A DNA stretch of 64,000 bases, from the NCBI GenBank assembly GCA_965228125.1, contig OZ245791.1, positions 483,894 to 547,893 of the forward strand, in the 5' to 3' direction. Source of the DNA: Victivallales bacterium (GTDB taxonomy: Bacteria > Verrucomicrobiota > Lentisphaeria > Victivallales > GWF2-38-69). The notes beneath the pieces are model-generated. The model made no database searches and was not told the DNA's origin. It worked only from the letters and a program-made list of their open reading frames with translations. Every line of letters starts with the position of its first letter. The stretch's first letter is position 1. The position numbers were made by a program, and so were the translations under genes. Of the stretch, positions 29,995-39,225 are shown one piece after another.

Positions 29995-30822
29995 TTATTT
30001 GGCTTTATCCGTTGTGCTTGAAGGCGGAACAGTCTCAACCTTTTTAACTTCAATTTCAGTATTGGGAGAAAATCCTAAATAGCGCAATTTACTTTTATCA
30101 ACTTCTCCATAAATTCTGACACTCTGATCCGGAGTTACATTGATATTGTTCCAAGCCTTTTTGCATATTTCTACTTTTATTTCTCCTGTAGAATCTTTGA
30201 ATATGTAATCATCTTTGCTTGTTTTTTTAATTATATTCCCTTCAAGCCAGATGTGGCTGTCATCGTCAAGTTTCAGTGCATCGGCTACTTTTGTGATTGT
30301 TATTGCAGGGGCGGCTGTTTGAGCATGAGGTGTTATCAGGTCTGCAAATGAAGTGTAGGTGATTAATGAGAGTGCTGTTGTTAGAATTGTCAGGAATGTT
30401 TTTTTCATCATTATTTCTCCTTTTTCGTTAGTTTTCGTCGTATTTGTCTGAGTTTGAACTTGGGTTTCTAATGTTTCAATATTTCTTACTCGTACAACAG
30501 GGTTAATTTTTTTGCTGATAGCCCTGAGAATATTTGTTTTTATTTTACCGGTTAATTTTACCTGAGCCCCTTCTGAAGGAATCTTTATATTCCTGCCTGC
30601 CGGGATATCTAGCTTCACTTCCCCTGTTGAGTCCTTGAGATAATAATCATTACCTTTTTTAACGAGAACCCCAATCAGTTCAACATGCTCTTTACTGTCT
30701 GCCTGTTTTACCAGTGCTACTGTGTTTATAGTTTGGTTTGAAACGTTATCAGTGGCTGCAATCAAACAAGTTGCCATAATGAAGCAACATGCCACAGCTA
30801 GGGAATTAATCATTCCTTTCAT
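29995..30822 (-). CDS. Tandem YgiW/YdeI-type bacterial OB-fold (BOF) protein; probably two genes in one frame
   Basis: Two domains with Y.(L/F)KDSTGE(V/I)K, each preceded by its own signal peptide; internal AAAGGAG-N5-ATG at 30411. Confidence 0.8.
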   Translation of the reverse strand: MKGMINSLAVACCFIMATCLIAATDNVSNQTINTVALVKQADSKEHVELIGVLVKKGNDYYLKDSTGEVKLDIPAGRNIKIPSEGAQVKLTGKIKTNILRAISKKINPVVRVRNIETLETQVQTQTNTTKTNEKGEIMMKKTFLTILTTALSLITYTSFADLITPHAQTAAPAITITKVADALKLDDDSHIWLEGNIIKKTSKDDYIFKDSTGEIKVEICKKAWNNINVTPDQSVRIYGEVDKSKLRYLGFSPNTEIEVKKVETVPPSSTTDKAK

Positions 30823-30867
30823 AGTTTACCTCTTTATTTTGGTTAATAAATATTGCAGTTAAATATG

Positions 30868-31632
30868 TTAAAACTCCTTATTTGGGATAGTCAGGCAGCC
30901 GTCAGGGTTCTGCCTGCTCCTAAAAGAACAAAAGAGAATTGTAATCATAAAGATAATAGCTAAGACTGCAGAAGACCCTATTGTTCCAAATCCCAGCCCA
31001 CCATGATCATAGTTTTTTGTGAGTACATCTCCGAATGTAGCCCCGAATGGCCTAGTCAGGACAAATGCTGCCCAAAAAAGAAATACTCTTGAAGTATTTG
31101 TAAAATAATATGTTAATGCGATTATAACTAGAAGTAACCCTATTAGAACGGCGCCTCCGATGAAACCTAGTCCTGATGAATCAGAGATAAAATCGCCTAA
31201 TGCAGTGCCTAGGGTATTTGAGCAAAGAATAGCTGTCCAATAGAAAATTTCTTCTTTTTTAGTTGTTACATTGCTTACAGAGAGGGAAGAGCCTGTTAAT
31301 CTCCATATCACAAATATTATACACAGTACCGTTACCAGGATTGATGTGCCTGTTACATAACCTAGTTGCAGAGTCCTATCCATAAAATCTGAAATTGTTG
31401 TCCCGACAGTACTCGTAGAAAGAATCACAATCCAATATATGGAAGGGTGATATTTTTTCACATTTAGCTGTGACAGCAATGTAATGACAAAAATTCCAAA
31501 TAAGATTATGGAACTTACTGTATATCCAATATTTAGTGTCATTGAGAGCAGATCACCTACTGTTTCGCCAAGTGTTGTAGCGCATATCTTCATGACCCAG
31601 AATGCGAATGTAATCTCAGGCAATTTATTCAT
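30868..31632 (-). CDS. COG4705 (DUF347-repeat) membrane protein
   Basis: NKLPEITFAFWVMKICATTLGETVGD, YWTAILCSNTLGTALGD, FVLTRPFGATFGD. Confidence 0.87.
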   Translation of the reverse strand: MNKLPEITFAFWVMKICATTLGETVGDLLSMTLNIGYTVSSIILFGIFVITLLSQLNVKKYHPSIYWIVILSTSTVGTTISDFMDRTLQLGYVTGTSILVTVLCIIFVIWRLTGSSLSVSNVTTKKEEIFYWTAILCSNTLGTALGDFISDSSGLGFIGGAVLIGLLLVIIALTYYFTNTSRVFLFWAAFVLTRPFGATFGDVLTKNYDHGGLGFGTIGSSAVLAIIFMITILFCSFRSRQNPDGCLTIPNKEF

Positions 31633-31692
31633 TGTAACCCTTATAAAAAATGAAATTTATAATTAATCTATTTATTTAAATTATTCTTTTAT

Positions 31693-31737
31693 GATTACAT
31701 GAATATTTCAGAAAGATTACATGTTTGTAATCTTTCT
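31693..31737. promoter_or_regulatory. Cop/Cus-box-like inverted repeat plus an extra half-site; probable site of the adjacent response regulator
   Basis: Perfect AGAAAGATTACA-tgtt-TGTAATCTTTCT (31710-31737); GATTACATG repeated at 31693 and 31715. Confidence 0.7.
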
Positions 31738-32130
31738 AGAAATTATAGTATTATCTATCTGAACATTAAGAAGATAAAAAATAATGCAAAATTTCCGAAA
31801 TTGATGGATATGATTGTTTATTTTCCATCTTCTCCCGAAAAATTAGAGCTTCAGAACTAATTGAGTCTCATCACTTTATTAGAACGATTTTGTTGCTCTT
31901 AGGATTACTGTAATGCTGCCGTTTTTGGGACAATAAAATAAATATAACCAATCATTTCAACAAACCTTTCCATCAGCCGTGAGATTGATATCTGAATTTT
32001 ACTAGTTACTCTGGTATTATTTTTCTGTCCTCCTGCCTTTACAATAACTTCTTCCGGAGTTAGCATTATTATCAGATAGGATAGAGAGAATATCAGCACA
32101 ATCAATGCCATGATAAAAAAGAGATGTAAG

Positions 32131-32628
32131 ATGATTAATGCTATATTTTTTGCGATAATAGCCGCTGTAGGAAATGCCTTATTCGCATATGGACAGACAG
32201 GAGCAGAAAAAACAAAAAATCCATTTATTTTTATATTTGGAGCCGTAGCTGTATGCACAATACTATTCTTTGTATCAAGTTTATTTTATAATCAGGGAAA
32301 AAGTGCCTCATATCTTCTTATAAACTGGAAGTATATCTTGGTAAGTGGAATAGGGTTTTTCATCACATTTTTCGGTTTTTATTTGCTGTATTCTGGTTTT
32401 GGCGCATCCACCTACATTATTTATGCTGTGGTTTCAATAATAACTACATCAATAGGTGTAGGGGTATTATGTTATCATGAACCTTTTAATACATGGCATT
32501 TCATAGCTCTCGTATTGTCAATCATTGCTATTGGATGTTTTTGCTATGGCCAGCACATTGCCAAAATAGAACTAAAAGAAAAAACAAAAGCTATAACAGA
32601 TCATCAGCAAACATTAGGACACCGTTGA
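32131..32628 (+). CDS. Small DMT/EamA-like membrane protein
   Basis: Five hydrophobic segments; YAVVSIITTSIGVG...EPFN resembles a DMT C-terminus; start 32110 or 32131. Confidence 0.6.
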   Translation: MINAIFFAIIAAVGNALFAYGQTGAEKTKNPFIFIFGAVAVCTILFFVSSLFYNQGKSASYLLINWKYILVSGIGFFITFFGFYLLYSGFGASTYIIYAVVSIITTSIGVGVLCYHEPFNTWHFIALVLSIIAIGCFCYGQHIAKIELKEKTKAITDHQQTLGHR

Positions 32629-32653
32629 ATTCAATGTAAAAAAGAGAAACAAA

Positions 32654-33124
32654 ATGGTACAAGTTAAATACAGAAAAGCCGGCATTTCAGATACTGAAAT
32701 CCTTGTAGAATGGAGAATGAAATTTTTAAAGGATTTCTTCAAAAAGACAGACGAAGAAGAAAATAAAAAACTGGAAATTGAAATCAGGAAATATCTACAA
32801 AAAACTGTACCCACAGAAGATTATGTTGCTTGGCTTGCAGAAACAGAGGAGGAAATAGTCGGAATAGGAGCAATGGCTGTTTATTACGCTCCTCCAAAAT
32901 ACTCTGTTCTGAACGGTAAAATGGGATATATCCTGAACATTTATACATTGCAGCATGCAAGGGGAAAAGGAATAGCCTCATTCATACTGGATAAATTGAT
33001 TGAAGAAGCAAAAGCAAAGGAAATATCTTATTTGCATTTGCATGCCTCAAAAGACGGATTAAATATCTATAAAAGTGCTGGATTTGAGTTCGTAGACAAT
33101 GAGTATTATTTAAAACTGGAATAG
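32654..33124 (+). CDS. GNAT family N-acetyltransferase
   Basis: GYILNIYT...RGKGIA (motif A), LHAS.DG..IY...GF. Confidence 0.92.
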   Translation: MVQVKYRKAGISDTEILVEWRMKFLKDFFKKTDEEENKKLEIEIRKYLQKTVPTEDYVAWLAETEEEIVGIGAMAVYYAPPKYSVLNGKMGYILNIYTLQHARGKGIASFILDKLIEEAKAKEISYLHLHASKDGLNIYKSAGFEFVDNEYYLKLE

Positions 33125-33179
33125 AAGTAACGATTTTTTTGCAATCTGGAATCAAACATTAATACATGCTAATTGGAAC

Positions 33180-34079
33180 TCATTCCCTGGTTCTGGGATC
33201 AAGGGCATCACGAAGCCCGTCGCCAATGAAATTTAAACAAAAAAGAGTAAGGGAAAAAACAACGCTTGGGAAAAAGAGCATCCAAGGATATTCTTCCATG
33301 ACTTGTGCTCCATCTTTTATCAGCAATCCCCAAGAGCTCATAGGAGGCTGTATCCCTAAACCCAGGAAGCTCAAAAAAGCCTCTATCATCATCACTCTAG
33401 GAATAGTAAGCGTCACATAAACAACAATTATTCCCAATAAATTAGGAATTATGTGTCTTAAAATTATTTTCCACCAAGGCAAGCCTATAGCCTTGGCCGC
33501 TTCGATATATTCCTTCTTTTTTATAGATTGGACCTCGTCCCTGACAATACGCGCCATAGTCAGCCATTCTATTGCACCTATTGCCACAAAAATCAATATA
33601 AAATTTCTTCCCAGCCAAACCATCAGCACAATCACCAGCATTGTAAAAGGCAAAGCATACATTATGTCCACAAATCTCATCATAAGAGAATCTGCCCTTC
33701 CCCCGAGATAACCCGAAACTGCTCCGTAAACTACTCCGATGGTTAGTGAAACCAGCGTAGCGCAAACTCCGACCGCAAGAGATACTCTTCCGCCATACAT
33801 CATTCTTACTAACAGGTCTCTGCCAAGATTATCAGTGCCGCAAAGATGTGAAAGAGAAGGGGCTGCAGCACCAAGGCTTAAATCCTGCTGATAATAGTTC
33901 AATGTCATAACCCACGGCCCAAAAACAGCAAATATCACAAGTAAAGTCAATGCGAATATGCCAAACACTGCAAGCTTGTTTTTGCATAACTTGCGTAAAG
34001 CATCTTTCGTTAAAGAATTTCCTGCCTCATCTATCTCTCTGGAAACAGATGATATTTTTTTTCTGATATTGAACATCAA
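33180..34079 (-). CDS. oppC: Oligopeptide ABC permease OppC
   Basis: GTDNLGRDL, GGRVSL, EYIEAAKAIG (EAA), EAFLSFLGLG, GDGLRDALDP. Confidence 0.93.
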   Translation of the reverse strand: MMFNIRKKISSVSREIDEAGNSLTKDALRKLCKNKLAVFGIFALTLLVIFAVFGPWVMTLNYYQQDLSLGAAAPSLSHLCGTDNLGRDLLVRMMYGGRVSLAVGVCATLVSLTIGVVYGAVSGYLGGRADSLMMRFVDIMYALPFTMLVIVLMVWLGRNFILIFVAIGAIEWLTMARIVRDEVQSIKKKEYIEAAKAIGLPWWKIILRHIIPNLLGIIVVYVTLTIPRVMMIEAFLSFLGLGIQPPMSSWGLLIKDGAQVMEEYPWMLFFPSVVFSLTLFCLNFIGDGLRDALDPRTRE

Positions 34080-34152
34080 TTACGGCTTCGACAAAGCGAA
34101 ACCCTCCATTCTTTAAATAAATTTAACCCCAAAACTTACGCTCAACACTTCC

Positions 34153-35076
34153 TTATCCTTCGTTAAAAGACCTTTTAGGATCTATAAAAATCTGAACTAT
34201 ATCAGCTATAGTATTAAAAATTAAAATCATGACGGAGAAAAAAAGTACAGTTCCCATAATCATGGTATAGTCTCTGTTGAATGCCGCAAGAACAAAAAGT
34301 CTCCCAAGTCCTGGTATCTGAAATATGCTTTCCACGACAAATGAACCTGTTATTACCCCGGCAATAGCAGGGCCAATATATGAAACAACAGACAACAACC
34401 CACCTCTTAAGGCATGCTTGATTATTACCTTATATTCAGGCACTCCTTTTGCCCTGGCCGTCCTGATATAATCCTGAGAAAGAACTTCAAGCATTCCGGC
34501 TCTTCCAAGCCTGGCTATATTAGCAGCATAAATGGCACCCAAAGTTATTACCGGCAACACTGCGTCCTGCATACTTCCCCAGCCCGATACATTGAAATAC
34601 TCAAGTTTAATGGCAAAAATCCATATAATAATCGGGCCAAGCACAAAAGGCGGCACGCATATTCCTATCATGGCAAAAGACATCGAAGAATAATCACGAA
34701 AGCTGTTAGGTTTGGTAGAAGCCATGACACCAAGGCCTACTCCTACCAGGAGTGCAAATATCATAGCCATCATTCCCAATTCAAAAGAAACAGGGAACGC
34801 CTCTGCAATCATGCCGGAGACACTCCTGTTAGGATATTGGAATGATGGCCCTAGGTCTCCCTTAAAGAGCCCTATCATATAGGAAAAATATTGTTCATAC
34901 AAGGGTTTATCCAGTCCGTAGTGTTTATTGATGCTTGCGAGAGCCTCAGGCGGCATGGTTTTATCATCGCTGAAAGGCCCCCCAGGCGCTACCCTGACAA
35001 GAAAAAAGGTAATAGTCGCCACGACCAGAAGAACTGGTATGGCATGAATAATCCTTTTAAATATGAATGTAAACAT
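34153..35076 (-). CDS. oppB: Oligopeptide ABC permease OppB
   Basis: APGGPF, GLDKPL..QY, GDLGPS, DYIRTARAKG, VESIF.IPGLG, RDY. Confidence 0.94.
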   Translation of the reverse strand: MFTFIFKRIIHAIPVLLVVATITFFLVRVAPGGPFSDDKTMPPEALASINKHYGLDKPLYEQYFSYMIGLFKGDLGPSFQYPNRSVSGMIAEAFPVSFELGMMAMIFALLVGVGLGVMASTKPNSFRDYSSMSFAMIGICVPPFVLGPIIIWIFAIKLEYFNVSGWGSMQDAVLPVITLGAIYAANIARLGRAGMLEVLSQDYIRTARAKGVPEYKVIIKHALRGGLLSVVSYIGPAIAGVITGSFVVESIFQIPGLGRLFVLAAFNRDYTMIMGTVLFFSVMILIFNTIADIVQIFIDPKRSFNEG

Positions 35077-35140
35077 ATAACTCTTTAACTTATCTGCGTT
35101 TTTTTACGAACCAGCCCCACCTATAACGATTTGGCATCAA

Positions 35141-36772
35141 TTATTTTCCGTCGTCTTCCAAACTCATATACTTGTAAGGATGATGATCCAGTATATTAGG
35201 GTACCATCCTTTTAGCTGAGGCGATATTAATGCCATTGAAGTATAGTAATATAGAGGAATAATCGGGGACTGTTCCATTAAAAGCTTTTCCGCATCCTGA
35301 AAAAGGTCGAACCTCAGACTCTGGTCGGAAGTAGCAGATGCATCTGCCATCAGCTTATCATATTGCGGATCAGACCATTTTGCTCTGTTGTTTGTACTCT
35401 TGGAAGTCCACATGTCCAGAAATGTGAGAGGGTCGTTGTAGTCTCCAATCCAACTGGCTGTCGCAATCGAGAAATCCCTTGTCCTAAAGCAGTCCAGATA
35501 CATTTTCCATTCTCTATTGACAAGTTCGACCTTTATATTAAGGTTTGATTGCCACATGGCCTGAATAGCCTCAGCTATCATTCTGTTCCTTTCAGATGTA
35601 TTATACATAAGTTCTACAATGGGAAAACCTTTTCCGTCAGGATATCCGGCCTTGGCAAGGCACTCTTTGGCGTATGCTACATCAAATTGAACTCTGCTAA
35701 TACCTGCAAAATAACCGTTGGTATCAGGAGGCGTAAAACTAACAGCCGGTATCTTCCCGCCTTTAACTACATTTAAAGCCAAACTTTTTTTATCTATGGC
35801 ATAAGATAGAGCTCTCCTGACAAGAGGTGAAGTAAAAGGTTCTTTATTAACATTAAAAACCATGTAATAGGTGCCAAGATAAGGTGATATGTGAATGTAC
35901 TCTGGCTTGTTTTTCTGATAATAATCAATCTTGCTTGACGGCACTGTGTATGTAAGATGCAGTTGCCCTGCCCTGAAAGTCCTTTCTTCTGCCTGATTAT
36001 CGCTTATAGGAAAGAAGTCGATTTCATTAAGCTTTACATTGTCAGCATCCCAATAGTAAGGATTTTTGACGACGGATATGACTTTATTGACCTCCCAATC
36101 TTTTAACTTGAACGGGCCATTGCCAACATGATTACATGGAAGTGTCCATTTAGTTCCCCGCTGATCCATTTGCCCGTAATGTTCAATAGTTTTCTTGTTT
36201 ACAGGAAACCATGCCATATGAGTGATCAATGACAAAAAATATGGGGTAGGTTTTGAAAGTGTTATCTGAAGAGTATTTTTATCAATAGCCTTTACACCTA
36301 CTTTGGAAAAGTCAGTTAATTGGCCTTTGTTAAATTTTTCCGCATTTTTTATGCAATAAAGCATATACGCATTCTGGCTGCCTAGTTTAGGGGAAAGAAT
36401 CCTATTATACGCATAAACAAAGTCATCAGCTGTCACAGGGTCTCCATTAGACCATTTGGCATTTTTTCTGAGATTAAAAGTATAAATCATTTTATCATTA
36501 CTGCTTGCCCAGGACTGAGCTACGGCACATTCAGGAGCAAGAGTTTTGGGATTTTCAGACATGAGCCCTTCAAATAATGCTGAAACAATCCGCTGTTCTG
36601 GTACACCAGTTACAGTGGATGGGTCAAGATCCTGTGGTTCAGATCCATTCCCAACATACAAAATACCCTTATCTGCAGCATTTTTCAGATTGGACTCTTT
36701 CCTTGAACAGCCGGATAAAGCCAGCAAAAAAACAAACAACGACATTAAAATTAATCGTAGTAGTTTACTCAT
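35141..36772 (-). CDS. oppA: Oligopeptide ABC substrate-binding lipoprotein OppA
   Basis: Lipobox LSGC; EPQDLDP, KWSNGDPVTADDF, NGPF.L..W, WIGDY.DP.TFL. Confidence 0.93.
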   Translation of the reverse strand: MSKLLRLILMSLFVFLLALSGCSRKESNLKNAADKGILYVGNGSEPQDLDPSTVTGVPEQRIVSALFEGLMSENPKTLAPECAVAQSWASSNDKMIYTFNLRKNAKWSNGDPVTADDFVYAYNRILSPKLGSQNAYMLYCIKNAEKFNKGQLTDFSKVGVKAIDKNTLQITLSKPTPYFLSLITHMAWFPVNKKTIEHYGQMDQRGTKWTLPCNHVGNGPFKLKDWEVNKVISVVKNPYYWDADNVKLNEIDFFPISDNQAEERTFRAGQLHLTYTVPSSKIDYYQKNKPEYIHISPYLGTYYMVFNVNKEPFTSPLVRRALSYAIDKKSLALNVVKGGKIPAVSFTPPDTNGYFAGISRVQFDVAYAKECLAKAGYPDGKGFPIVELMYNTSERNRMIAEAIQAMWQSNLNIKVELVNREWKMYLDCFRTRDFSIATASWIGDYNDPLTFLDMWTSKSTNNRAKWSDPQYDKLMADASATSDQSLRFDLFQDAEKLLMEQSPIIPLYYYTSMALISPQLKGWYPNILDHHPYKYMSLEDDGK

Positions 36773-36833
36773 ATATACCCCTTCTTTTAACTACCTGACA
36801 CACAACAGCTATTAACTTAAACTCCATCATTTT

Positions 36834-39221
36834 TCAAAAGCCTAGGTTTGGTTGAATTACGCCCCAATCATCTTTGTTATCCTCGTCATCTTTCTTATCT
36901 GTTGGTTTTGCCTTGTGAGGAAGCATAGTTTTTGCTCTTTCCTTCTTTGATTTCTTACTGATGGTGCCTGCTTCCGAAAGTTCCTCTTCTTCTTCGCCAA
37001 AGAGAGAGAGCACGTTTTCATCTTTCTTCTTCAGTGGTTCAATATCTTGATCCGGACTCGCATCGATAACTTCTTTTGTTGCTTCCTGAGGCACTGAAAC
37101 ATTCATTTCCGGTGTTTCTTCAGAGCTCGATTCCTCATTAACATCAAGGGTTCTTTGAGCAACTTCCACCTGACCCTTAAAAATAAATTTTATTATTTTT
37201 TTATTGGTAAGCAGAAACCCTCTTGCTCCCGGAGCTCTGATTGGCGACTTCGAAAAATCAGCCTCTACTAATGCTTCCTTATTCTTTCTGACACCTTCAA
37301 CAACACAATCATAAAGCGAATTTTCTCTGGTAACTATAAACTCCAATTGTGAGTCAGATGGTATAAGATTGTACTCTTTATCTCGGATAAATTTCGAAAC
37401 GACGCACCGTTTGATGAAATACTTTCCTGTTTTTTTCTCCTTGTAAATGACCGAATAGACGTTGGATTTATCATACTTATTGAAGTAAAAAAGTTTGCCT
37501 ACATAAACTTTCTGTGGAATGGCAGTCACCTTATATCTCCCGCTTTTCTCAATACATATAAGGTTGTCAAATTCGTTGCAAAGAACTGACTCTTCACTCC
37601 TGACAGAAGAACCTATGTAGCCGTTGCCCCTATCCCATCCGACCTTAATATTGTTGAGAGCGACAGATCTCTTGTCTATCTCTTCAAATCCCTCTTCTAT
37701 CTCGGTTCTTCTTGGGTAATTTTTTGCATACAATTCTATTAATTTTTCAAGATATTTTATCGTGTATTTCTTCAGAGACATAAGATTCTTTTCGACAACT
37801 TTAATCTGAGCGTTTATCTCTTTTATCTCGTCCCTGTTTTTATTAATATCGTATCTGGAAATTTTTCTGATTGGTATTGCCAGCAGTTTTTCAATATCCT
37901 CATCAGATATCTCTCGCCTAAGTTCGGAAACATATTTCACCAACCCTGCCCTGACTGCTTTTAGTACGAGTTCATAAGTTTCGCACTCTTCGATTTTCTT
38001 ATATATTCGATTCTCTATAAAAATGCGCTCCAGCGTTTTCTCATGGTATTTATCATTTAAGTTGCAAAGTTCTATTTCCAGTTCTCTTTTGAGGTAGCCT
38101 ACAAGACTATCTGTATTATAACGGATAACTTCCGACACAGTTACCAGAACAGGGCGGTTATCTTTTATAACCAATATCGATGACTTTACAGACATTGAAC
38201 AGTCTGTATACATATATAGAGCTTTAAGCGTCTTTTCAGGATTATATCCTCTGGCAGGGACAACTTCGATTTCCACTTTATCAGAAGTAAAATCATTAAT
38301 TGAGGCAATTTTGATCTTGTTTTTATTGGCTGCCTTTTCTATTGAAGCAATAAGTTTTTCAGTATCGGTCATTGCCGGAATTTCTCTGATAAGCAGCCTT
38401 CTTCCATCAATATCCACTTTTGCCCTTACAGTTATCTTACCGGCACCATCACTGTATTCAGCGACATTCATCACTCCTCCCTGAAGAAAGTCAGGACATA
38501 GCTGGAATTTTTCGCCATTGAGGTAAGATATCTGGGCTTCAAGGACTTCCCTGAAATTGTGTGGGAGTATTCTTGTAGTCATCCCAGGAGCTATCCCTTC
38601 CTGTCCAAAAAGAAGTAGAACAGGGATTTTAGCAGGAAGAAACACAGGTTCTTTATTCCTGCCGTCATAGGAATCGGTAAATTCCGTTATGTCAGAATTA
38701 AAAAGCACATCCTTGGCCAATGAATTAAGCCTTGCTTCTATATATCTGGCAGCGGCGGCCTGATCTCCAGTAAAAATGTTCCCGAAATTACCCTGTTTTT
38801 CTATGAAAAGCTCTTTATTGGCAATTCCAACGATGGCTTCATATATCGGAGCATCACCATGAGGATGGTATTGCATACAATGTCCGACAATATTAGCTAC
38901 CTTGTTGAATTTGCCGTCATCCATCTTAAAAAGTGACCAGAGGATTCTTCTCTGAACAGGCTTTAGCCCATCTCTTATTTCTGGAATGGCACGTTCTTTT
39001 ATGACATAAGAAGCATACTCAATATAGTTACTGCTTATAAGCCGTCTCAAGTGAGTATTCGTCCCGTCATTGACAGCAAGATGGTTGAAAACGGAAGCGG
39101 CGACCTGATCATGAAGTTCTTCTTCACTGGAAGGTTTCACCTCATCAACAGATATAACAGCATCCTGACTATCTGCTGTCCCGTCACTGTCATTATCTTT
39201 TTTTATTTCAGAGTCCTTCAT
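36834..39221 (-). CDS. parC: DNA topoisomerase IV subunit A
   Basis: RAIP..DGLKPVQRR, YHPHGD, AAARYIEARL (catalytic Tyr); degenerate CTD with an acidic tail and no GyrA box; start moved to ATG 39221. Confidence 0.88.
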   Translation of the reverse strand: MKDSEIKKDNDSDGTADSQDAVISVDEVKPSSEEELHDQVAASVFNHLAVNDGTNTHLRRLISSNYIEYASYVIKERAIPEIRDGLKPVQRRILWSLFKMDDGKFNKVANIVGHCMQYHPHGDAPIYEAIVGIANKELFIEKQGNFGNIFTGDQAAAARYIEARLNSLAKDVLFNSDITEFTDSYDGRNKEPVFLPAKIPVLLLFGQEGIAPGMTTRILPHNFREVLEAQISYLNGEKFQLCPDFLQGGVMNVAEYSDGAGKITVRAKVDIDGRRLLIREIPAMTDTEKLIASIEKAANKNKIKIASINDFTSDKVEIEVVPARGYNPEKTLKALYMYTDCSMSVKSSILVIKDNRPVLVTVSEVIRYNTDSLVGYLKRELEIELCNLNDKYHEKTLERIFIENRIYKKIEECETYELVLKAVRAGLVKYVSELRREISDEDIEKLLAIPIRKISRYDINKNRDEIKEINAQIKVVEKNLMSLKKYTIKYLEKLIELYAKNYPRRTEIEEGFEEIDKRSVALNNIKVGWDRGNGYIGSSVRSEESVLCNEFDNLICIEKSGRYKVTAIPQKVYVGKLFYFNKYDKSNVYSVIYKEKKTGKYFIKRCVVSKFIRDKEYNLIPSDSQLEFIVTRENSLYDCVVEGVRKNKEALVEADFSKSPIRAPGARGFLLTNKKIIKFIFKGQVEVAQRTLDVNEESSSEETPEMNVSVPQEATKEVIDASPDQDIEPLKKKDENVLSLFGEEEEELSEAGTISKKSKKERAKTMLPHKAKPTDKKDDEDNKDDWGVIQPNLGF

Positions 39222-39225
39222 AAAT

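Noticed and set aside
31800-32110. Possible gene remnant, including ORF 31905-32258 (-)
   Set aside because: The minus-strand frames I translated show no recognisable motif, and the ORF overlaps the + strand membrane gene.
38840-38875. ParC QRDR HPHGDAPIYE read as acquired quinolone resistance
   Set aside because: As far as I recall, Ala-Pro here is native in Chlamydia-type ParC, so it is not evidence of selection.
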